In this document: in pieces, positions 1 to 24,803 of the stretch | Numbering within the stretch: the first letter of the stretch is position 1 | Layout of the letters: each line of letters starts with the position of its first letter | Assembly: GCF_009914755.1 (NCBI RefSeq) | Contig: NC_060931.1 | Length of the DNA stretch: 64,000 nucleotides | Reading direction: 5' to 3' (one strand) | Source of the DNA: the human T2T-CHM13v2.0 reference genome, Homo sapiens | Program-made: the position numbers and the translations under genes | Notes under the pieces: generated by a model | What the model was told of the DNA's origin: nothing | Database searches by the model: none | What the model saw: only the letters and a program-made list of their open reading frames with translations

Positions 1-822
1 CTGACCTCAGGCGATCCACCCACCTCAGCCTCCCAAAGTGCTGGGATTACAGGCGTGAGTCACTGCGCCTGGCTTTTTGTATTTTTTTTTTTAAGCGGAG
101 ATGGGGTTTTGCCATGTTGGCCAGGCTGGTTGAACTCCTGACCTCAGGTGATCCAGCTGCCTCAGCCTCCCAAAGTGCTAGGATTACAGATGTTGAGCTG
201 CCACACCTGGCCTATTATTCCTTTTCACAAATAAGAAAATACTGAAGTGCTGAGTGGTTAAGTGACTTGACCTTAAGTCAACAGAGATGACATAAATAGT
301 AATTAGTGGCTGGGTGAGGTGGCTCACACCTGTAATCCCAGAGCTTTGGGAAGCTGAGGTGGGAGGATTGCTTGAGCCCAGGAGTTTGAGGCCAGCCTGG
401 GCAACATAGCAAAACCCCAACTCTAAAAAAAGAAAAAAAAAATTAGTTGGGCTTGGTGGAGCCCACCTGCAGCCCCAGCTACTTGGGAGGCTGAGGCAGA
501 AGGATCACTTGAGCCCAGGAGTTGGAGGCTGCAGTGAAGCCATGATTGCATCACTGCACTCCAGCATGGGCAACAGGTCAAGACCCTGAAAGTTATTGGC
601 AAAGAGTAACTGGCAGAGCAGAGATTCCAACCCAGGCAATCTCGCTACAGAGGTGGACTTTACCTCTTCATGGCATTCTGAGGCGGCTCCTGCAATGAAT
701 AATAGATTGATTTCCAATCGACCAATGCAAAAGGGACACGTGGTTTTTCTTTTCTAACCAAAGAGAGCATACGCATTAGACTGGAAAGACCAGAGTTTCC
801 TAGTGCTAAGTTCTCAGGTTGA

Positions 823-1498
<676 letters not shown>

Positions 1499-1604
1499 TG
1501 ATTCGCCCGCCTCCGCCTCCCAAAGTGCTGGGATTACAGGCTTGAGCAACCGCGCCGGGCCCTTTTCTTTCCTTTTCCTTTTCTTTCTTTTCTTTCTTTC
1601 TTTG

Positions 1605-1636
<32 letters not shown>

Positions 1637-1741
1637 TTTCTTTTTCTTTCTTCTCTCTCTCTCTTCCTTCCTTCCTTTCTTTTTTTAGAGACAGAGTCTT
1701 GGGCCGGGCACAGTGGCTCATACCTGCAAGATTCCATCTCA

Positions 1742-1776
<35 letters not shown>

Positions 1777-2925
1777 AATTTATGTAGCCATGAGGTGTCA
1801 CCGTGTTGCCCAGGCTGGTCTTGAACTTCCAGGCTAAAGCAATCCTTCCACCTCATACTCTAGAGTAGCTGGGACTACAGGTACACAACACTATGCCTGG
1901 CTAATTTTTTATTTTATTTTTTATAGAGATGGGGTCTCACTGTGTTGCCTGGGCTCAAGTGATTCTCTCGCCTTGGCCTCTCAAAGTACTGGGATTACAG
2001 GCATGAGCCATTGCGCCCAGCCTGGAAGGAGGTTTTGGTTCACCAAACATAATCCTCCTCTTGCTGGTAGGTCTCCAGCAGGTGCTCCACTTATACTGGC
2101 ATATACGGTCTTATACTGGCTCTGACCCAAAGCCTAGTGTCTAAGCCACCACCAAACACATCTGCAGGTCCCTTCTTGTGTTTAAAACTATATGTCTGTG
2201 GCTGGGCGTGGTGGCTTACGCCTGTAATCCCAGCACTTTGGGAGGCTGAGGGGGGTGGGTCACTTGACGTCAGGAGTCCGAGACCAGCCTGGCCAGCATG
2301 GTGAAATCCTATCTCTACTAAAAATACAAAAATTAGCTCGGCGTGGTAGCATGCACCTATAATCCCAGTTACTCGGGAGGCTGAGGTAGGAGAATCGCTT
2401 GAACACGGGAAGTGGAGGTTGCAGTGAGTCGATTGTGCCACTGAACTCCAGCCTGGATGACAGAGGGAGACTCCATCTCAAAAAACAAACAAACAAAAAA
2501 CAACTGTATGTCTGTGGGTTTTGCTAAATCCCACAGAGAATAACTCGCATCTCTGTCTCCTGATCCTCACTGGTGCACCTGCACACCCTCCCCTTGCCAC
2601 CAGAGGGGAGTCTAGGCTTGCCTCCAACTCCCTGGTCTCCAGCTCTCCCTACCCCTGACAAACCCTTCCTTCTCTGTGCCTCAAAACCTGGAGTAAATCC
2701 CCCTTTCCCCTCCTATCTCCTCTGTTGGCAACCCTGCTTCTACCATCTCCATCCTAGACGTAGAACAAGGAGCTTGTTTACACACAGAAGAAAGAGAGGC
2801 GCTGAGTTAGGGAGTAGCTAATGAAAGTGGATCTCTGAGGTCCTGGGGATTCCTTGCACAGTGGGCTAAAAAGAGGGAGAGATGCCAGAGAAGATAGACA
2901 GATCACAAAGGGCAAAGCTGCATAA

Positions 2926-3345
<420 letters not shown>

Positions 3346-3617
3346 TGAACTCCTGACCTCAAATTATCCACCCGCCTTGGCCTCCCAAAGTGCTGGGATT
3401 ACAGGCGTGAGCCACCGTGCCTGGCCATGAAGCTTGAAGTTGTTTATTAGACATCGGACCTGTGCTCAAGACCCCAGGTAGAAAATTTTTAAAATCCAGG
3501 CCAGGCGCGGTGGCTCATGCCTGTAATCCCAGCCCTTTGGGAGGCCGAGATAGGCAGATCACGAGGTCAGGAGATGGAGACCATCCTGGCTAACATGGTG
3601 AAACCCTGTCTCTACTA

Positions 3618-4303
<686 letters not shown>

Positions 4304-4451
4304 CTAAGGGAAAACCCAGGAATTCAGACCATCATCTCTTAGAAATTCCAGACATCCGGCCAGGCACGGTGGCTCACGCCTGTAATCCCAGCACTTTGGG
4401 AGGCTGAGGCGGGCGGATCATGAGGTCAGGAGATCGAGACCATCCTGGCTA

Positions 4452-4683
<232 letters not shown>

Positions 4684-5205
4684 TCAGTTGATCCTTTTCT
4701 TTTTTTTTCTTTCTTCCTTTTACCTTTTTTTTTTTTTTTTTTTTTGAGACAGGATCTCACTCTGTCACCCAGGCTGGTGCAGTGGGGGTGATCATAGCTT
4801 GCTGCAGCCTCGACCTCCCAGACTCAAGTGATCCTCCCACCTCAGACTCCCAAGTAGCTGGGACCACAGGCACTTGCCACCATGCCCAGCTAATTTTTTG
4901 ATTTTTTGTAGAGACAGAGTCTCTCCCAGGGTACTGGGATTACAGACTTGAGCTGCCATGCCCAGCATGAATGCTTTTTTTCTAAGTCTGAATTTTCATT
5001 GTCGTCTTCTTTTTTTTTTTTTCTGAGACAGAGTCTCTCTCTGTAGCCCAGGCTAGAGTGCAGTGGCACCATCTCGGCTCACTGCAACCTCTGCCTCAAA
5101 CAATTTTCCTGCCTCAGCCGCCAGACTGGGACTACAGGTGCATGCCACCATGCCTGGCTAATTTTTGTATTTTTTATTTTTTTAAATTTTATTTTATAAA
5201 TTATA

Positions 5206-5253
<48 letters not shown>

Positions 5254-6727
5254 AGACGGAGTCTAGCTCTGTTGCCCAGGCGGGAGTGCAGTGGCGTGGC
5301 GTGATCTCAGCTCACTGCAACCTCCGTTGTCCAGGTTTAAGCAATTCTCCTGCCTTAGCCTCCCGAGTAGCTGGGATTACAGGTGCCCACCACCACGCCC
5401 AGCTAATTTTTGTATTGTTAGTACAGATGGGGTTTCACCATGTTGACCAGGCTGGTCTCGAACTCATGACCTCAGGCGATCTGCCCGCCTTGGCCTCCCA
5501 AAGTGCTGGGATTACAGGCATGAGCCACTGTGCCCAGCCCCAGATCATGATTTTAATCCATACTGATTGCTTGACAAATAGAAGAAATACACTGCTCCCT
5601 AAACCTGAGTCTGTCCATGTGTCTGTTTCCCCTGCCTACATTTTCTTTCTGAAATTTAAATCCCCTTCCCCCATTGCAGGATACTCCTCAACCCTTGCTC
5701 CCCTCCCTCTGTAAGTCCCCAAAGCCTTGTGTCCTCTTTTCATAAAAAACTCACAGGGTAGCGTCCTGGTGATGTTTCACCTACTGCCAAAGTACAGCAT
5801 CTGAAAATGTGTGGAAGATGTGGCTGGTCAAGCACCCAGAAGGAAGTTCAGTGGGGAGAAAGGCAGCTGCCTGAGGAAGGAGAGAACCACACTTCTTAGT
5901 AGAGTAAATGTAGAGTCTGGGAATGCAAGCGCAAAGAAGGAATAAGGCTGCCGGCAAGAGGAACCTAATGACTGTGGAACTTAATGGTCCAGACCCCCAG
6001 GAAAAGAATAATCACCTCCTCCTCCCACTCACCCACCAGAAAGCATTTTTGTTTGTTTGTTTGTTTGAGACGGAGTCTCATTGTGTCACCCAGACTGGAG
6101 TGTAGTGGCGCCATGCAACCTCCGCCGCCCGGGTTCAAGCGATTCTCCTGCCTCAGCCTCCTGAAGAGCTGGGATTATAGGCACACGCCACCACACCCAG
6201 CTAATTTTTGTGTTTTTGGTAGAGATGGGGTTTCATCATGTTGGCCAGGCTGGTCACAAACTCCTGACCTCAAGTGATCCGCCCGCCTTGGCCTCCCAAA
6301 GGTCGGATTTACAGGTGTGACCCACCACGCCCAGCCCAGAAAGCCTTTTCTACTGGATATCTGTAGAAGAAAGCAATGCCCTGGGGAGAGGGTTGTGTTT
6401 CTCTGCTTTCTAGAAAGAAACTGGACTTGAAGGCAGTACCTAAGTATATAAAGAAATTATGCAGGGATGGATGGTATATTGAGCTCTATGGCTTGAGCTC
6501 AGGAGTTTGAGACCAGCCTGGCAGCAAAGTGAGACCCTATTACTACAAAAAATACAAAAATTAGCTGGGCATGGGGGCGCACATCTGTAGTCTCAGTTAC
6601 TCAGGAGGCTGAAGTGGGAGGATCACTTGAGCCCAGGAGTTGGAGGCTGCAGTAAGCTATGATTGCACCACTGCACTCCAGCCTAGGCAACAGAGCAAGA
6701 CCCCATCTCAAAAAAATAAACAATTAA

Positions 6728-6931
<204 letters not shown>

Positions 6932-8439
6932 TAATTTTTTTTATTTTTAGTAGAGATAGGGTTTCACCATATTGGTCAGGCTGGTCTGGAACTCCCGCCC
7001 TCAGGTAATCCGCCTGCCTCGGCCTCCCAAAGTGCGGAGATTACAGGTGAGCCACTGCACCCGGCCACAGCAATATGTTTAGACTTACGTTTTCTAGCAG
7101 CAAGGCCAACACTAAAGGTTATAAGATGTTTTCTTGCTTTTTAAAATTTGTTCTTTCTTTTTTTTTTTTTAATTATTTTTTTTGAAATGGAGTCTCACTC
7201 TGTCGCCCAGGCTGGAGTGCAGTGGCGCAATCTCGGCTCATTGCAAGCTCCATCTCCCGGGTTCGCGCCATTCTCGCCTTGGCCTCTGGAGTAGCTGGGA
7301 CTACAGGCGCCTGCCACCACACCCGGCTAATTTTTTGTATTTTTTAGTAGGAACGGGGTTTCACCGTGTTAGCCAGGATGGTCTCGATCTCCTGATCTTG
7401 TGATCCGCCCGCCTTGGCCTCCCAAAGTGCTGGGATTACAGGCGTGAGCCACCACGCCCGGCCCACTTTTTTTTTTTTTAAACACATATATTTACATATT
7501 TTTTTCTAGTGCCAAAAGTAAAATGTTTTATTTCCCTGTAAGGTAAGATACAAATTTGTCTGGAGAAAAAGTCCTGTTAACTAAAATATTAATACAAGGT
7601 ACAAAGACGAAAGTAGAGTTGTTTGGAGAAAACTTGAGATAATAGAGTCCCTGAGGGTAAAGTAGGGTCATTGTTGCAAAAACTGAGGGAGGAAGGTTGT
7701 GCTCAAGGGTTTATAAGGTAGTGGTTCAGCATGCTGGTTTCTTTCCAGGTCAGTAGGTTCCATCATAAGCTGTGGTCACATTCAGCTACCTGTTCCATTG
7801 AGTGATCAAACAAGGTTGGGAGCTGAATACACACACACACAAAAATCTTCACCTGAAGCCATATCTAGGTGGTGACAGGCACCTGCTTTCCCCTAGGGTA
7901 TATATTGCAAGTCACTGGCTCTTAGCCCTGCTGCTAGTCCAGGAAGTAACTTCGTGTGTCTAGAAACCTACACCTTCCTGAAGCGCGTTAGTCCCATCTG
8001 CCAGGAAATCAGCCTTCCAAAATGTACAAACCTTTTTTACAAAATAAAGCCTGAGCTTCAGCTGAGATGCTTTGGGAGAAATGAATTGTTCAGTTTTATC
8101 TGAAGCCATTTTTAGAAATTATAATGCACAAATCTGAGCCCGGTGTATGAAGTCCTTGGGGACCTTCTTGCTTTATTCTGCTGCCTCACCTCTTGCCTCA
8201 TCCCATCCCCAACTCAAACATTTTTCTGTGTGATTTATGTTATACCTGGGCATCTCTGTTCCCCAGCCGTGAGTGCCCTTCTGACACTCTGTACCTGGCT
8301 GACACAAAGTCCTCTTTGAGAACGCAGCTTAGATATCTCCCCTTTGGGTGGGGCACGATGGTTCATGCCTGTAATCCCCAGCACTCTGGGAGGCTGAGGC
8401 GGGCAGATCAGTTGAGGCCCGGAGTTGAAAACCAGCCTA

Positions 8440-8604
<165 letters not shown>

Positions 8605-8620
8605 CTAGGCAAAAGGGTGA

Positions 8621-9157
<537 letters not shown>

Positions 9158-9342
9158 TGAGTAGCTGGGATTACAGGCACCCGCCACCACGCCCAGCTAA
9201 TTTTTTTTTTTTTTTTGTATTTTTAGCAGAGACGGGGTTTCACCATGTTAGCCAGGATGGTCTCGATCTTCTGACCTCGTGACTCACCTGCCTTGGCCTC
9301 CCAAACTGCTGGGATTACAGGTGTGAGCCACCGCGCATGGAC

Positions 9343-10832
<1,490 letters not shown>

Positions 10833-11748
10833 TGAGAGGGAGTTTCGCTCTTGTTGCCCAGGGTGGAATACGATGGCGCAATCTCGGCTCACCGCAACCT
10901 CCACCTCCTGGGTTCAAGTGATTCTCCTTCCTGCCTCAGCCTCCCGAGTAGCCGGGATTACAGGCATGCGCCACCACGCCCGGCTAATTTTGTATTTTTA
11001 GTAGAGATGGATTTCTCCATGTTGATCAGGCTGGTCTCAAACTCCTGACCTCAGGTGATACACCCACCTTGGTCTCCCAAAGTGGTGAGATTACAGATGT
11101 GAGCCACCGTGTCTGCCCCATAGCTCACTTCTAATCATGACAGTCACCATATGAAACTGAAGCTGCCAGTTACTGGGGCAGCACAATCACACACTCTGAT
11201 TAGTCATTGCTTTTCCTCTCAAGAAACTGAAGCTAATTCTGGCTGATTACAGATAAAGGGAATTAATAAAAGGATCCTGGGCAGCCCACATAAGTATTAG
11301 GAGAATGGAGATGAAAACTTGAATGCTGATCTTCCAAGAACTATGTCCTAAAATCATGCTCAGACCCCCAGTGCTGCAGCCCTACTCATTGGGGTAGGAG
11401 AGACTCCTGCTGTCATTCACACTGCACCAAGGATGCATGCCTTTCTGTGCCAGGAGTCTAGCCTCGCAAACTACCACCACTATTGAGGGCCAGGTGCCTC
11501 TAATACCACCCTCACCAGCAAAATGGATCCCGTGTGGACCTCATTTTCAAGTTGCTCACGTGTGCATTGAAGGAAGTGATATTATGAAAGCCAAGATGAG
11601 ATAAGATTTCCCAATAAAGGAAGGTGTGGTTGGTCTATGCTGTTTACTAAGCGTGAAAAAAAAGAACAATCTGCAAATGAACTGTGGCTTTTGGCCTGAC
11701 TACCCCCAATAAAGACAACTGAAAAAAGATTTAAAATAAAAATATTTA

Positions 11749-11883
<135 letters not shown>

Positions 11884-11917
11884 TCACCAGGCATGCTGGT
11901 GCACACCTGCAATCTCA

Positions 11918-12139
<222 letters not shown>

Positions 12140-12245
12140 TTAGGGGTGATTCTAAACCAGGGATATTTGTGAGTAAAGACAGCAGAGACATAAAGCTTGG
12201 CTTTTGCCATTCTCAAGAGTAGAGTGGGCCGGGTACAGTGGCTCA

Positions 12246-12554
<309 letters not shown>

Positions 12555-13219
12555 TCAGCAACTGGGAAGGTAAACTTTAGAGAAGCATCTTCTGCTGTTT
12601 GTTGAGACTCTAATCCATGGGCATTCACTGAAAGGCAGAGATGTATTTTTGGTGGCTTTCATGCATTAGCACAATGGGAGTTGGAGCTTAACGTTCACCA
12701 AATGGAAGATGCTATGTAACAGTCCCTGTACTGGGTTGAAAACTGAAGAATTTTACTCTGTTTGTTGGGGTAGACTGTACTCCCAGGAATTTTTCTGTGT
12801 GGCCACAGAACTTCAAACCATGTGTCTGAACTGTTAAATACCTTAGATATCTAATAGTGGAAACTGTTCAGAGTAAGATAATAGTGCCTTAGGTCTTAAC
12901 GGTATACATAAAAGTATTTTTTCAAATAAAATGTCCAGAAAACAATCAAATATCACAAAGCAGGTAATAAAGCAGGGCAGCCAGAACAATAGAAACAACA
13001 GACTACAGAAACATGGACACACACAGACACACAAGGACTCCAGATGTTGGAATTATCAGACACAGATTGTAACACTTACTATGTTGAAGGAAATGAAAGT
13101 CCAATTTTAAGATCTCAGTGGCCGGGCAGTGCAGCTCACACCTGAAATTCCAGCACTGTGCAAGGCTGAGGCACAGATCACTTGAGACCAGGAGTTCAAG
13201 AGCAGCCTGGGCAACATAG

Positions 13220-13719
<500 letters not shown>

Positions 13720-13973
13720 TAAACCACTGCGCCCAGCCTAAAGTTATCTTTAACTTCATTCTGTGGTTTTATTATTACTTTTTCCTTTTTTTTTTTTTTG
13801 AGACTGAGTCTCGCTCTATCATCCGGGCTGGAGTGCAGTAGTGCGATCTTGGCTCACTGCAACCTCTGTCTCCCAGGTTCAAGGCCTGAGCCTCCCGAGT
13901 AGCTGGGATTACAGGTGCCTGCCAATATGTGCAGCCAATTTTTGAATTTTTAGTAGAGACAGGATTTGGCCGC

Positions 13974-15973
<2,000 letters not shown>

Positions 15974-16692
15974 TTAGGTAAATGCAAATAAAAACTACAA
16001 TGAGAAGCCATCGCATATCCAAAAACTTTACCCTAAAAGTGTGGCAATACTGGCTGGGCATGGTGGCTCAGGCCTGTAATCCCAACACTTTGGGAGGCTG
16101 ATGCAGGCAGATCACGAGGTCAAGAGATCAAGACTATCCTGGCCAACATGGTGAAACCCATCTCTACTAAAAATACAAAAATTAGCTGGGTGTGGTGGTG
16201 CGCTCCTGTAGTCCCAGCTACTCGGGAGGCTGAGGCAGAAGAATTGCTTGAACCCGGGAACCAGGAGGTGGAGGTTGCAGTGAGCTGAGATTGCGCCACT
16301 GCACTCCAGCCTGGGCAACAGAACAAGACTGTCTCAAAAAAAAAAAAAAAAACAAAAAGTGTGGCAATACCATGTGTTAATGGAGCTGGAGATAACTGGG
16401 AACTCTGACACATTGCTAGAGGAGTGTGAGTTGGTCCAACCAGTTTGATTTGCAGACCATAGATAAAAAAGATAGGAAACTCTCTGATTCATTTTATCTG
16501 GCAACCTGCTCTTTCTACCAAAAGCAGATAAAGAATATACCAAAAAGAAACTACAGCCCAATCTCATTTATCATAATAGATTTTAAAAATTCTAAATAAA
16601 GCAGTAAAACAAATGGGTAGTATAATTTGTTCCAGCAGATTTTATTCCAGAAACACAAAGATGGTTAAATATCAAGAATACTGCCACCATAA

Positions 16693-17028
<336 letters not shown>

Positions 17029-17113
17029 TGAAATTGCTGTTTCTAACAAGTCTTAAAAGACACCCAGACTTTAACAATTGTTATTATATTCAGATTTTTT
17101 TGTTGCTTTTTGA

Positions 17114-17260
<147 letters not shown>

Positions 17261-17413
17261 TAAATTTTTAGAGATGGGGTCTTGCTATGTTGCCCAGGCT
17301 TCTAGAATCATTCTTCATATTATTTCACTAACACAGCCTCCACCACATTAATATGGCAACAGGTTTAGAAATTATTTAAAACAAAAATTTCTAATGTTTA
17401 CATATATTGTGTG

Positions 17414-17415
<2 letters not shown>

Positions 17416-17449
<34 letters not shown>
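17416..17449. repeat. (TG)n microsatellite; (CA)n tracts also at ~35613-35652 and ~37799-37824
   Basis: Directly visible dinucleotide runs. Confidence 0.95.
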
Positions 17450-17451
<2 letters not shown>

Positions 17452-18765
17452 CATTCCAAGGTACTGTTTCTAATTTTTTCCTGCAGGGAATGAATATTCA
17501 GTATTGCAGCTGCATTGGCTAGCTGGGGATTCTATTTACCACCACATTGTCCCGGACTGAATCTGGGGACAAAAAAACCACTTCGGGAACAAATTCTTGT
17601 CTTCAACAAAGAGCTGTCTTGAGTAGGCACAAAAGTAGCATTTGAGGGCCGGACGCGGTGGCTCAAGCCTGTAATCCCAGCACTTTGGGAGGCCGAGGCG
17701 GGCGGATCACGAGGTCAGGAGTTTGAGACCAGCCTGGCCAATATGGTGAAACCCTATCTCTACTAAAAACACAAAAATAGCCGGGCGTGGTGGTGGGCGC
17801 CTGTAATCCCAGCTACTCGCGAGGCTGAGGCAGGAGAATTGCTTGAACACGGGAGGCGGAAGTTGTATTGAGCCAGAGATCGCGCCATTGCACTGCAACC
17901 TGGGCGACCGAGTGAGACTCCGACTCAAAAAAAAAAAAAAGTAGCATTTGAGTACCTTTTTTTTCCTTTTCTTTTCTTTTTTTTTTAGAGGAAGGGCACC
18001 CAGGCTGGAGTGCAGTGGCACCATAATAGCTCACTGCACTCTGCAACTGCTGAGCTCAAGAGATTCTCCTCCATCAGCCTCCCTAGTAGCTGGAATTACT
18101 GGCGTGAGGCACCATGCCCGGCTTATTTTCTTATTTTTTTGTAGAGGTGGTTGGAGCGGGGGGACTGGGGAGGGTCTCGCTATGTTGCTCAGGCTCGTCT
18201 CGAACTCTTGCCCTGAAATGATCCGTCCTCGGCCTCGCAAAGCGCTGAGATTACAGGCGTGAGCCACGGCGCCCAGCCTTGAATAGTTTTTCACATGCAT
18301 TGCACGTTATTTCCTTTTATTCTCTAGTTTTTGGGTCCAGTCTTAAACCTGGGAAGGGATTCATTTGGGGGGGTCACACCAGCGGGCATCCTGGCTCAGG
18401 CGGAACTCTGGCTCCAGACAGTGCGCCCAGGACCAAACGGTCAACCCCGGCCTACTCCCGCCCCTCCCAGATCCTCCCCTCCTCGGACGCTCCCGCGTCT
18501 TCCTCTCGCTCAGGCACTGAGGGGCGGGGAGATGGGTGTTAAAGAGGGGATATCACCAATCAACGTGCGCCTCCGGGAAACAGCGCTTCGCACTGGCTGG
18601 TTGGGTCTGACGACGTGGCCACTGTCCAATCCTCATGCTAGAGGCGGGGCTAAAGGCCAGTGGCGCAAGCAGAAGGAGGAGCGCAGCGGCTGCAAGCACG
18701 TGACCGGGGCCTGAAGCCGGAAGCTACCTATCTGGTAGGGAGCTCCCCCAGCACCGAAGACTGCG

Positions 18766-23757
<4,992 letters not shown>

Positions 23758-23970
23758 GCCTGCCGGAGGGCGAGGGTCGGAGAAGCGGATTGGGTCCTGG
23801 GCCTCTGTGATGAGGCAGGCACACCTGTCGGTCTTGGCTTGCTGCTAGAACTAGGGCCTTCTGCTCGCCCACCTCCCACCCCTACCTGGACGGGCCCAGG
23901 CTTGGGGACTCTGAGCTGTGTTAAGGAGAACAAGGGCAAGGAGACCTCCCTTTGTGCTCCCTCACTCCCT

Positions 23971-23976
23971 AATAAA
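23971..23976 (+). terminator. LAMTOR4 polyadenylation signal
   Basis: AATAAA 214 nt after the stop, followed by a GT-rich downstream element (~24008-24022). Confidence 0.85.
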
Positions 23977-24232
23977 CATGAGTCTGATGTTCTCCAGCCC
24001 AGGGACATGTGTGTTTAGTGTTGGAATGGTTACACCCCATGTCTGTCTTCCACCTTCTGGGGAGAAAGTCATGCACCTTAGCCCAAGTTGGGTGCGGCAG
24101 GGCCACCTCTGTGTGCTATAAAACTGGGAAGCAGAAAAAGCTGGAGGGGAAGGGAGTCACCCTGAGCCCTGGCGACCTCTGCTCTTCCCATCAGTACACA
24201 AACTAGTCATCCTTCTCCCTCCTGAACAGGCA

Positions 24233-24238
24233 TTTAAT
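24233..24238 (-). terminator. Probable TRAPPC14 polyadenylation signal (ATTAAA)
   Basis: tttaat on + = ATTAAA on -, about 570 nt after the stop and convergent with the LAMTOR4 3' end. Confidence 0.6.
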
Positions 24239-24803
24239 AGTCTTATTTCAGTTGGAAGCAATAGTTGGAAAATAAGTTACAGGAACAGACCAAAAAAAAA
24301 AAAATTAAAGTGCTTCAGGCTGCAAACGTAAACATAAGGGGCAGGAGGCTACCTGGCCCTGTCCCCAACCCCTGAGACAGGAAGGTCACTGTCAGGGGCC
24401 CTTAGCCATCACCACCCTCTAATCTCAGCCCTGCGGGAGGGAGGGAGGGAATGTCAGAGGTGGGAAAGAACTCAACGGGAATGAGGAAGAGACTTTGTAA
24501 ACTCAGAACCAGGGTAAAGGGCCGGGGACAAGGGAGCTCTGGGAACCCTTGCCCTGGCCTAGGGGTGGGGCCAGCCCCCCCCACAGGAACTCGGGGAATA
24601 CTGGTGGCTTAGTCCCAGCCATGCCCGCCCACTTCACAGCTTCTTCCCCCATCCCTCATCAGCAGACACAAGACAGGCAGCTCTGCCAGGCCTCTTCACC
24701 CCCGTCTGGGAGGCATCCCAGGGGAGGCACAGCCCGGGAGCAGGGATCCCCTCTGGGGGCGTTGGGTCTCTGGAGTGTAAGAGGGAACAGAGCTGGCACG
24801 GTG

